64,000 nucleotides of DNA from the NCBI GenBank assembly GCA_965203805.1, contig OZ241917.1, positions 3,680,001 through 3,744,000 on the forward strand, in the 5' to 3' direction. Shown here piece after piece: positions 27,647 through 35,872 of the stretch; the stretch's first letter is position 1; every line of letters begins with the position of its first letter. The DNA comes from Candidatus Latescibacterota bacterium. Lineage in GTDB: Bacteria > Latescibacterota > UBA2968 > GCA-2709665. The position numbers and the translations under genes were made by a program. The notes beneath the pieces are model-generated. The model had not been told where the DNA came from and did not search any database. It worked only from the letters and a program-made list of their open reading frames with translations.

Positions 27647-27790
27647 ACATGGATGGACAGGATGAACAGGATGAAAACCAAAAAGCGCAACAAAAGCACG
27701 AGAAAACGAACATCAGAAACTACGAAACACGCGAAAAATACGAAAAATACGTGGCTGAAATCAATTGCCACAAGAGACGAAAAACCACAA
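27647..27790 (+). repeat. Cluster of 9-bp-period triplet repeats
   Basis: ACATGGATG GACAGGATG AACAGGATG; ACTACGAAA CACGCGAAA AATACGAAA; a degenerate GCCACAAGA unit. Confidence 0.65.
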
Positions 27791-27798
27791 TGTTGCAC

Positions 27799-27939
27799 GT
27801 TAGCCTGACACCCCGACATTTCGCCGGTCAACTAGATTTTGGACGAATCAAGGTTTTCGTTATTTTCTTCACTCATGTTATTGAAAATCAACCGATTATA
27901 CGACAAATGCACCAGTTTTGATGATTAGTTCAGGCTAAC
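27799..27939. mobile_element. Possible MITE
   Basis: Perfect 10-bp terminal inverted repeat GTTAGCCTGA/TCAGGCTAAC around an AT-rich 121-bp core. Confidence 0.45.
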
Positions 27940-27965
27940 AATATAACACAAAATGGCAATAAAGC

Positions 27966-27996
27966 GGTGGCGAGTGGATAGTGGCCAGTGGTCAGT
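27966..27996 (+). repeat. 7-bp-period tandem repeat
   Basis: GGTGGCG AGTGGAT AGTGGCC AGTGGTC AGT. Confidence 0.6.
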
Positions 27997-28040
27997 TAAA
28001 ACCGGTGCAAGCCCATCGACACATGGCGTCACGAACGCGT

Positions 28041-28104
28041 GTTATTAGCGACTGCGAAAACAAGGACGTTCCTTATTATCGGAACAGGTCCAAACCGCAA
28101 ATAA
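28041..28104. repeat. 64-bp three-box repeat, copy B
   Basis: Gapless match to 8935-8998, about 48/64 by manual count. Confidence 0.78.
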
Positions 28105-28239
28105 TATATCGCAAGACGACGAAAAAAGAACCGGCTTCAGTAATACACAAGCCAGTTCCGGGGACATGGTGTTTCGGCTGGTGACCGTCAATCGTGAGGG
28201 GTGGATGGCGATGGCGGCCAACACTGTCGTCTGCGGGAT

Positions 28240-28413
28240 TCATGCCCCACGCTCAGCCAGGAAGCGGGCCAGGGCGCCCGGACGACGCTCCACCGGCTGT
28301 AGCGTTTGTCCCGGCGCGCCCGATGGAACCAGGATCCCGCGACGGCGAAGCTCATCCAGCCGTTCGTCAATCGTCTGCTGCTTGTGATGTTGGTTCGCGC
28401 GGTTGCCAGACAC
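28240..28413 (-). CDS. 57-aa peptide resembling the C-terminal half of Phd/VapB-type antitoxins (not in ORF track)
   Basis: GGAG SD + GTG; MSGNRANQHHKQQTIDERLDELRRRGILVPSGAPGQTLQPVERRPGALARFLAERGA*. Confidence 0.55.
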   Translation of the reverse strand: MSGNRANQHHKQQTIDERLDELRRRGILVPSGAPGQTLQPVERRPGALARFLAERGA

Positions 28414-28433
28414 GGGGTCTCCTCTCAGACACT

Positions 28434-28862
28434 CTACGCCGGACGGAACGTCACGACCAATTCCCGGCCGAGCGACCGCAGGGCCTTGTGAATGCGGTTG
28501 GCAGCGGTGTGGTGCCTTGGGTCGAGCATGCGACGCACGACTTTCTCGTTGACGCCGAGACGCCGGGCACAGGCAAGGCGTGTCAGACCGCTGTCCCGGA
28601 ACGCAAGGACGAACGCGGCTTTTGCAGCCATGTCGGGCGGAACGGCAACGTACTGCTCACCCGTGCGTCGGCGACTGGGCTCCGGGATGGGCTCGTTATC
28701 GTCGATACGGCCGGCGACCGCTTCCTCGAGGGCGTCGCGTGCTTCCAGCAGGGCCGCTGACTCGTCGGCGCCTGAGGTGAGACACTCCGGAAAGTCCCTG
28801 AACGAGACGGTGATCTCACCGGAGCGGTCCGGATGAAACCGGGCGGGATAGCGAAACTGCAT
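28434..28862 (-). CDS. hicB: HicB family antitoxin (orphan)
   Basis: YPARF..ITVSFRDFPECLTSG..A.DAL..EPIPEPS; C-terminal HTH; GGACA-TTTG-TGTCC palindrome at 28896-28909 upstream. Confidence 0.88.
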   Translation of the reverse strand: MQFRYPARFHPDRSGEITVSFRDFPECLTSGADESAALLEARDALEEAVAGRIDDNEPIPEPSRRRTGEQYVAVPPDMAAKAAFVLAFRDSGLTRLACARRLGVNEKVVRRMLDPRHHTAANRIHKALRSLGRELVVTFRPA

Positions 28863-28981
28863 GAGGGTTTCCTGCCTTTCACAACCCAAAAAATAGGACA
28901 TTTGTGTCCGAATAGCAATGGAATCGCGACGGCATCCTTTGACGATCCGGCACGGTCGCGGAATACGACGCCGGGCGGTAC

Positions 28982-29019
28982 GACAAGACCCCGTCGGGAA
29001 TATCCAACGGGGTCTTGTC
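28982..29019 (-). terminator. Hairpin downstream of tRNA-Lys
   Basis: GACAAGACCCCGT/ACGGGGTCTTGTC 13-bp stem. Confidence 0.65.
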
Positions 29020-29056
29020 TTCGACCTCAGGCCGCTGGAAGGAGCGGCTGAAAAAA

Positions 29057-29132
29057 TGGTGCGCCCACAGGGAATCGAACCCCGAACCTTCTGATTAAGA
29101 GTCAGCTGCTCTGCCTATTGAGCTATGGGCGC
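29057..29132 (-). tRNA. tRNA-Lys (anticodon CTT)
   Basis: GCGCCCATAGCTCAATAGGCAGAGCAGCTGACTCTTAATCAGAAGGTTCGGGGTTCGATTCCCTGTGGGCGCACCA; cloverleaf with encoded CCA. Confidence 0.97.
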
Positions 29133-29146
29133 ATACACTTGCAGCA

Positions 29147-29170
29147 CGCAAACTGACAGTTTGCGCTACG
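29147..29170 (-). repeat. GTAG-type REP-like palindrome
   Basis: Identical to 24813-24836. Confidence 0.75.
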
Positions 29171-29198
29171 TTGAAGGACAACGCTATCAAACCGAAAA

Positions 29199-29669
29199 CT
29201 ACGTCCGAACGTAATCCCCGCTGCGGCCGCCGGTTTTTCTGAGGAGGCGGATGTTCCGGATCTCCATCTCCCTGTCCACGGCCTTGCACATATCGTAGAC
29301 GGTCAGCAACGCCGTGCTCACGGCCGTCAGCGCCTCCATCTCCACGCCGGTTTTGCCGGTTACGCGAACGGTGGCTTCCGCTTCGATTCGGTCCGGTCCT
29401 ACCTCGAAACTGACTTCGATGCCGGTGGGATCGACGGGATGGCAAAGCGGGATCAGCTCCCACGTCCGTTTCGCCGCCATGATCCCCGCAATCCGGGCGG
29501 TCTCAAGCACGTTTCCCTTGGGCAGCGCGCCTCCGGAAACCAGCCGCGCCGTTTCCGGCGCCAACACGATCTCGCCGCCCGCGACCGCCACGCGCTCGGT
29601 CACGTCCTTGTCAGTGACGTCCACCATCTTCACGGCGCCATCGTCGGCAATGTGGGTCAGATTCACCAT
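29199..29669 (-). CDS. moaC: Cyclic pyranopterin monophosphate synthase
   Basis: LTH..G..MVDV; LIPLCHP; TGVEMEAL; YDMCKA; KTGGRSG. Confidence 0.96.
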   Translation of the reverse strand: MVNLTHIADDGAVKMVDVTDKDVTERVAVAGGEIVLAPETARLVSGGALPKGNVLETARIAGIMAAKRTWELIPLCHPVDPTGIEVSFEVGPDRIEAEATVRVTGKTGVEMEALTAVSTALLTVYDMCKAVDREMEIRNIRLLRKTGGRSGDYVRT

Positions 29670-29741
29670 GTAAAATGTCCGGGAAATCTCGGAGTTCGAG
29701 TCGTTCAGGACAATTGCGGACGACAAAAAGGCCGTTTCGCG

Positions 29742-30968
29742 CTACCATTCTTCCAGCAGTACGATGTCCACCTCCGCGCCGGCCTCGAGCGTCTCCACCT
29801 CGGCTTCGACCACGAACAGGCTGTTCGCCCGCGAAAGGGAAAACAGGTCCGCCGACCCGTGGTGACCCACCCAGTCGCTCTCCCAACATCCGTTGACCTG
29901 CTCGGACCGCGCGGGGACGAACTGCTTGCGCCCCGGCGACTGCCGGAACGCCTGCGCCAGCCTTCCCCGTACCATCGGCCGGTGACACCCCGACATTTGC
30001 TGCATCTTCCGAACGGCCGGCCGGACCAGCAGTTCCAGGCCCACCACGGCCGAGACGGGATTGCCCGGCAACCCGAAGACGAGCTTATTGCCGCGAGCGC
30101 CAAAGGTGAGGGGTTTGCCAGGCTTCATCCGGATCCGATCGAACTGGATTTTCACCCCGCAATCCCGCATCGCGCCCTGCACCAGGTCGTATATACCCGC
30201 CGACACGCCACCGGAAAGCAGGACCACGTCACAATCGTCCAGGCCGCGTGAGATCACGTTCTTGAGGGCGGATTCGTCGTCTTCCACGATGCCCAGATAC
30301 CGCGTCTTCGCGCCGGAGCGCAACGCCTGCGCCATCATGGAATATCCGTTGCTGTTCCGGATCTGCCCGGCCGCCGGGCTGTTTCCGGGTTCCACGATCT
30401 CGCTGCCGGTCGCGACCACGCCGACGACAGGGCGGCGGTAGACGGGTACGCCGACCACTCCCACCGCCGCAAGGATCCCGATTTCCGGGGGGCGGATCCA
30501 CGTTCCGGCCTCGAGTACAACCTGATCGCGTCTCACGTCTTCCCCGAGGGGCGCGACATTCCGGCCCGGCTCCGTGGGCGCCAGTACCCGCACGCCCTCG
30601 CCGTCCCGCTCGGAAACCGTGTCTTCCACCATCACAACCGTGTCAGCGCCGTCCGGCATTGGCGCGCCCGTCATGACTCGGGCGGCGTGACCGGGCGAAA
30701 CCGTCTCCTGCGGCACGGACCCGGCCGGGATTTCTTCGATTACCGTGAGAATGGCGGGATCTTCACGGCGCGCGTCCGCGACGTCGCTGCCCACCACCGC
30801 GTATCCGTCCATGGTGGCCTTGTCGAACGGCGGCATGTCGATGTCCGATCGGACGTCCTGCGCCAGCGTACACCCGAGCGCGTCCATCAGCCCGACGTTT
30901 GCAACATCGATCGGAGACGTATGCTGCAGGACGATGCGGATCGCCTCGTCCATGCTGATCATATTCAT
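29742..30968 (-). CDS. moeA: Molybdopterin molybdotransferase
   Basis: PPFDKATMDGYA; MTGAPMP.GAD; SGGVSAG..D; MKPGKP; GLPGNP. Confidence 0.95.
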   Translation of the reverse strand: MNMISMDEAIRIVLQHTSPIDVANVGLMDALGCTLAQDVRSDIDMPPFDKATMDGYAVVGSDVADARREDPAILTVIEEIPAGSVPQETVSPGHAARVMTGAPMPDGADTVVMVEDTVSERDGEGVRVLAPTEPGRNVAPLGEDVRRDQVVLEAGTWIRPPEIGILAAVGVVGVPVYRRPVVGVVATGSEIVEPGNSPAAGQIRNSNGYSMMAQALRSGAKTRYLGIVEDDESALKNVISRGLDDCDVVLLSGGVSAGIYDLVQGAMRDCGVKIQFDRIRMKPGKPLTFGARGNKLVFGLPGNPVSAVVGLELLVRPAVRKMQQMSGCHRPMVRGRLAQAFRQSPGRKQFVPARSEQVNGCWESDWVGHHGSADLFSLSRANSLFVVEAEVETLEAGAEVDIVLLEEW

Positions 30969-31273
30969 CGGTGATCCCTCCAATTGCGCCTCACGTCAGG
31001 CTATAAATATATACAATGCCGGTTCAATTGTCACTTCCAAACGGAATCCTCCGATTTGCGCAGGATCTGCGGTGAGGCGGCATCCGGACGCTGCTAACCC
31101 ATTCGACGGTAACGTCATCCTCCAGGGTCCGTAATTTGACATTCCCGGATCGAATGCCTACATTAAATGCGTGCGCAAAGCGCTGACAGGCGGGGTCGCC
31201 TTGCGTCTTACCGGTTTTTCCCATTCGTGTTTCCGAGTCCCGATCCCATATTCGTCCCGGAGTTCGATATTTC

Positions 31274-32011
31274 ATGACTGATACTGACGCCAAAACTGCG
31301 ATCATCACGGGCGCGGGCACCGGCATCGGCCGCGCCATCGCCGTCGCTTTTTCCAGTGCGGGGATGAATTGCGTCCTGGCGGGACGCCGCGCCGAAGTCC
31401 TCGAAGAAGCCGCGGGAGCGGCGCGCAATCCACGGGCGGAGGCGCTTTGCGTTACGGCCGACGTCACCTGCCGGGACTCGGTAAGCGCCCTGGCCGACCG
31501 CACGATCGAGCGTTTCGGTCGGATCGACATCCTGGTAAACAACGCCGGCATCAACACGCTGAAGCGCGGTCTCAGAGATATATCCGACGAGGACTGGGAC
31601 CGCGTGGTCGACATCAATCTCACCGGCGCATTCAACGCGTTCCGGGCCGTCATGCCGCACATGGAGGACCAGGGAGACGGTCTGGTTATCAACATCTCTT
31701 CCATGGCCGGGAAACGGTCCGGGATGATCGCGGGTGTCGCGTATTGCGCATCCAAATTCGGAATGGCCGCGCTGAACCAGTCCATCAACGCCGAGTTCCG
31801 CGAAACCGGTATCCGTGCGTGCTGCATCTTTCCCGGAGAGGTCGACACGCCCATCCTGGACCTTCGCCCCAACCCCGTCTCGGACGAGAAACGGGCCGCC
31901 GCGCTCCCCCCGGAAGACATCGCCGCCGCCGCCCTGATGGTCGCCCGACTTCCCGGGCGGGCGATCGTTGAGGAAATCACGATCTTCCCGAGACGGGCGG
32001 TCGCAAAGTAG
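31274..32011 (+). CDS. SDR family oxidoreductase
   Basis: TGAGTGIG; NNAG; YCASK. Confidence 0.92.
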   Translation: MTDTDAKTAIITGAGTGIGRAIAVAFSSAGMNCVLAGRRAEVLEEAAGAARNPRAEALCVTADVTCRDSVSALADRTIERFGRIDILVNNAGINTLKRGLRDISDEDWDRVVDINLTGAFNAFRAVMPHMEDQGDGLVINISSMAGKRSGMIAGVAYCASKFGMAALNQSINAEFRETGIRACCIFPGEVDTPILDLRPNPVSDEKRAAALPPEDIAAAALMVARLPGRAIVEEITIFPRRAVAK

Positions 32012-32159
32012 GGCGTGATCCGGGTGGATTGAGCGCCGCGCCCGGACATTCCCGCCGCCGCGCCGGGACAATCTCCTTGTCGGAATCTCGAAATTTTGTT
32101 ACGTTTCTGTAACATACAATATTATAGGATGTTTATAACTGAAGAAGGGTAAGGTGCGA

Positions 32160-33701
32160 GTGAAGAGCGAAATCATTATCAATGTAGGGTCTCACGAGTC
32201 TCGAATCGCTGTTCTGGAAGATGGAAAGCTGGTTGAAATTCTCGTCGAATGCGCCGAAAACGAGCGCATGGTCGGCGACATCTACAAGGGAACCGTAACA
32301 TCGGTGCTCCCCGGCATGCAGGCTGCCTTTGTGGAAATCGGCCTGGAAAAAAGCGCTTTTCTTCATGCCTCCGATATGCCCGGTTCGCCCGGGTCCATGG
32401 TGGGGCTGGACGAAGAAACCCTCGAAGAAATCGACGCGCGAACCAACGTCAACGGAAGATCTGTCATTCCCATAGAAGGACTCATCCGGAAGGGCCAGGA
32501 GGTCCTGGTTCAGGTCAAGAAGGAACCCATTGGCACGAAGGGGCCCAGGGTAACCGCGGTACCCTCCCTGGCCGGGCGGTTCATGGTGCTGGTGCCCAAC
32601 GGGGAGAAGGTGGGGGTTTCCCGGAAGATCACCAACATGTCGGAAAAACGCAGACTGAAGGATCTCGGCCGCGACATTCGTCCCGACGGATTCGGGATCA
32701 TTGTGCGGACCGAAGCTTCCGGCAAGGGCGACCGGGAACTGATGCGAGACCTGAAGCAACTGATGAACGTCTGGACGCGCATCCAGAAACTGTTCCGAAT
32801 CGCCGATCCGGCCAGCATCCTGCACAAAGAAATGGGCATGACGTCGAGTCTCATACGCGACCTGTTTACCGATGACGTGGACCGCCTGGTGGTCGACGCA
32901 AAACAGGAATACAAGAAGATCCAGGCCTATCTCAAATCCACTTCGCCCCACCTGCGCGAACGGGTGGAATACCACAGAGACAGTACGCCTGTCTTCGACG
33001 CCTTCGGAATCGAACGTGAAATTGAGAAATGTTCCGAGCGTAAAGTCTGGTTGAAGGGCGGCGGCTACCTGGTTCTGGACCACACCGAGGCCCTGTTTGC
33101 CATCGACGTGAACAGCGGCCGGTTCGTGGGCCGGTCGAACCAGGAAGAAAACGTGCTGAAGATCAACCTCGAGGCCGCCCGGGAGATCGCGCGGCAGCTT
33201 CGCCTGCGCGATATTGGCGGTATCATCGTCATTGATTTCATCGACATGGCGGTGGCGCAGAACCGAAAACGGGTGGAGCAGGAATTCCGGCAGGCCGTCC
33301 GGCGGGACCGGTCCAGGCCCCGTTTATCGGAGATCAGCGAGTTCGGCCTTCTGGAAATGACCCGGCAAAGGGTGCGCCCGAGTCTCATGTTCACCTTCAG
33401 CGAATCCTGTCCCCACTGCCACGGCAGCGGGCGCGTGCCCAGCCGGGAGTCCACGCTGGCACGCATCGAGCGGTGGCTCAAGAGGTCCAGGGCCGCCTCG
33501 GTCGAACGCAGGCTGACCGTGCACGTCAACCCCACGGTGGGAGATTTCATCCTCGAAAACCGCCGCGAACGCCTGAAGAGGCTGCGCCGGTCCACCCGGG
33601 TCTGGCTGAACGTGGAGAATGACCCGGACCTGTCCGTCGAGGCGTACCGGATGGTTTCCCGGAAGCGGAACATGGACATTACGGACAAATTTAGAACTTG
33701 A
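32160..33701 (+). CDS. rng: Rne/Rng family ribonuclease (RNase G size)
   Basis: GDIYKG.V..VLPGMQAAFV; KEPIGTKG; IDVNSG; GGIIVIDFIDM; CPHC.G.G. Confidence 0.93.
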   Translation: MKSEIIINVGSHESRIAVLEDGKLVEILVECAENERMVGDIYKGTVTSVLPGMQAAFVEIGLEKSAFLHASDMPGSPGSMVGLDEETLEEIDARTNVNGRSVIPIEGLIRKGQEVLVQVKKEPIGTKGPRVTAVPSLAGRFMVLVPNGEKVGVSRKITNMSEKRRLKDLGRDIRPDGFGIIVRTEASGKGDRELMRDLKQLMNVWTRIQKLFRIADPASILHKEMGMTSSLIRDLFTDDVDRLVVDAKQEYKKIQAYLKSTSPHLRERVEYHRDSTPVFDAFGIEREIEKCSERKVWLKGGGYLVLDHTEALFAIDVNSGRFVGRSNQEENVLKINLEAAREIARQLRLRDIGGIIVIDFIDMAVAQNRKRVEQEFRQAVRRDRSRPRLSEISEFGLLEMTRQRVRPSLMFTFSESCPHCHGSGRVPSRESTLARIERWLKRSRAASVERRLTVHVNPTVGDFILENRRERLKRLRRSTRVWLNVENDPDLSVEAYRMVSRKRNMDITDKFRT

Positions 33702-33788
33702 CAAAACCTCCGGTCTTTGTTACCGTTTTCGGCCCGTTTCGCGATTGAAACGGGCGGATATGACAATTCGTATTCTGGAGGTCTTTCC

Positions 33789-34100
33789 ATGTATGCCGTT
33801 GTAGAAATCGCCGGTCAGCAGGTCAAGGTTCAGGAAGGAGACCGCATTCGCGTCTCCCGCCTCAAGGCCGAGGCCGGAGAATCACTCACCCTGGATCGGG
33901 TCCTGCTGGTGTCCAAAGACGGTGAAACCAGCATCGGCAGGCCGCAGGTCGATGGGGCCGCCGTGGAGGCCAGTGTCCTGGGGCACGGCAAGCACGACAA
34001 AGTCACGGTCTTCAAAATGAAACGCAGGAAAGGCTACCGGCGGAAGAACGGACATCGACAGCCTTATACGGAATTGCAGATCGACGGCATCTCAGCGTAA
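33789..34100 (+). CDS. rplU: 50S ribosomal protein L21
   Basis: [18 protein letters not shown]. Confidence 0.97.
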   Translation: MYAVVEIAGQQVKVQEGDRIRVSRLKAEAGESLTLDRVLLVSKDGETSIGRPQVDGAAVEASVLGHGKHDKVTVFKMKRRKGYRRKNGHRQPYTELQIDGISA

Positions 34101-34168
34101 TCCCGTCCCTGATTCCAGCCCGGCATCGGGATCTGCGGAATTCGGCGGCAGGGGAGGAGGACAACGGT

Positions 34169-34432
34169 ATGGCCCATAAGAAAGGGGTCGGAAGTTCCAG
34201 GAACGGCCGCGACAGCCGGGGGCAGCGTCTGGGCGTCAAAGTTTTCGGCGGTCAGTTTGTCACGGCGGGCAGCATCATTGTCCGGCAGCGCGGCACGCGG
34301 ATCCATCCCGGAAGCATGGTCAGTCGCGCCAAAGACGACTCGCTTTTCGCGCTGGTCGACGGCATTGTGACATTCCAGAACCTGGACAAGCGCCGCAAGA
34401 AGGTCAGCGTTTTTCCCTCAGCAGCCCGTTGA
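34169..34432 (+). CDS. rpmA: 50S ribosomal protein L27
   Basis: [24 protein letters not shown]. Confidence 0.98.
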   Translation: MAHKKGVGSSRNGRDSRGQRLGVKVFGGQFVTAGSIIVRQRGTRIHPGSMVSRAKDDSLFALVDGIVTFQNLDKRRKKVSVFPSAAR

Positions 34433-34581
34433 AAAAGTCCATCCGGGCTGCGGCCGGCCCTTGCGGTCGAAATACTGCGTTGCGCGCCCTCGCCGAATCG
34501 CTGGATGGGACTCGGTTGCGCGCCTTGTCTTCGACCACAATGGCTCGGCCTCGCCTGCAGAGCGACTTTATCAACGGACTG
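34422..34581. mobile_element. 160-bp MITE-like element
   Basis: 18-bp TIR CAGCCCGTTGAAAAAGTC versus revcomp CAGTCCGTTGATAAAGTC (16/18). Confidence 0.7.
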
Positions 34582-34600
34582 ATAGCGGAGTAGCCCAGCA

Positions 34601-35530
34601 TTGAAGATCGCAGTGGTTGGCGCCGGCAACGTGGGAGCGACCGCCGCTCAGCATATTGCGGAGCGGGAACTCGCCCGCGAACTGATCCTGCTGGACGTCG
34701 CCGAGGGCATTCCACAGGGTAAAGCCCTGGATCTTGCTGAGGCGTCGCCGGTTGACCGCTTCGATACCCGGGTTTCGGGTACGAGCGATTCCGGCAGCCT
34801 GTCCGGATCCGACATCGTCGTCATTACCGCCGGGCTTGCGCGCCAGCCCGGCATGAGCCGGGACGACCTGCTTGCCACGAACGCGGACATCGTGGGCTCG
34901 GTCTGCGAACGCGTTAAAGAAACAGCGCCCGACGCCATTGTTATCGTGGTGACGAATCCCCTCGACGCAATGGCTTACGTGGCACTGAAAGTTACGGAGT
35001 TTTCGCCCGCTCGTGTCGTTGGCATGGCGGGCATTCTTGATTCCGCGCGGTTTCGTTATTTCATCGCGGGAGAACTGAACGTATCCGTGGAAGACGTGAC
35101 CGCCTTCGTTCTGGGCGGCCACGGCGATTCCATGGTGCCTTTGCCCCGCTACTCTTCCGTGGCCGGCATTCCGCTGTCTGAATTGCTCGACGAAGCCGTC
35201 ATCGAACGCCTGGTCGAACGCACGCGGAACGGCGGCGCCGAGATTGTCGGACACCTCAAAACGGGCAGCGCCTTCTACGCGCCCGCTTCCGCCATTGCCG
35301 AAATGGTGGCGGCCATTGTGCGGGACAAAAAACGAATCCTTCCATGCGCCGCCTGGCTGACCGGCCAGTACGGCATCCACGACCTGTACATGGGCGTGCC
35401 GGTCAAGATGGGCGCATCCGGCGTGGAGGAAATCATCGAAATCGGCCTGACGCCGGACGAACAGCAGGCCTTTCACGCATCCGCCGAGGCCATTCGATCC
35501 AGCGTCCGGAAACTTAACTTTGATTCGTAA
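34601..35530 (+). CDS. mdh: Malate dehydrogenase (LDH-like)
   Basis: GAGNVG; [12 protein letters not shown]; NPLD; LDSAR; GGHGD; GSAFYAP. TTG start. Confidence 0.96.
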   Translation: MKIAVVGAGNVGATAAQHIAERELARELILLDVAEGIPQGKALDLAEASPVDRFDTRVSGTSDSGSLSGSDIVVITAGLARQPGMSRDDLLATNADIVGSVCERVKETAPDAIVIVVTNPLDAMAYVALKVTEFSPARVVGMAGILDSARFRYFIAGELNVSVEDVTAFVLGGHGDSMVPLPRYSSVAGIPLSELLDEAVIERLVERTRNGGAEIVGHLKTGSAFYAPASAIAEMVAAIVRDKKRILPCAAWLTGQYGIHDLYMGVPVKMGASGVEEIIEIGLTPDEQQAFHASAEAIRSSVRKLNFDS

Positions 35531-35640
35531 GTGTTCGTGAACGTTAATTCGAATATGTGTTAGTTAACAAAGGCGATTTGAAGGCGGATTTCCAGGATAC
35601 ACCAGGTCACTGGACGGGTACGGAAAAAATGTCCTTCCGG

Positions 35641-35734
35641 ACGACCTCAACACCCCGTTTTACACCGGTACCTTCTGTGCATTTTGTGCTTTCTGTGGCC
35701 AATTTGACTGTTGTCTTTTTCGAATTGGGGTTAA
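35641..35734 (-). repeat. Dispersed repeat, partial copy of the MITE at 59186-59295
   Basis: Reverse complement aligns over about 90 bp with 59184-59277. Confidence 0.8.
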
Positions 35735-35872
35735 GCTCTAAGTAGAGCAACCTTCGACGTACTGATCATCAGGATGCAATCACGGCCGGGTCCTCAGAAA
35801 GGAGCCGGTTTCTTTTTGCGCTCCCCAGGATCGGGCACCTGTTTTTCTCCGTCGCAAACCCGAGGCCGGAGA

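Noticed and set aside
27631-27921. Short ORFs across the 9-bp repeats
   Set aside because: Their composition simply reflects the repeat DNA; there is no independent coding evidence.
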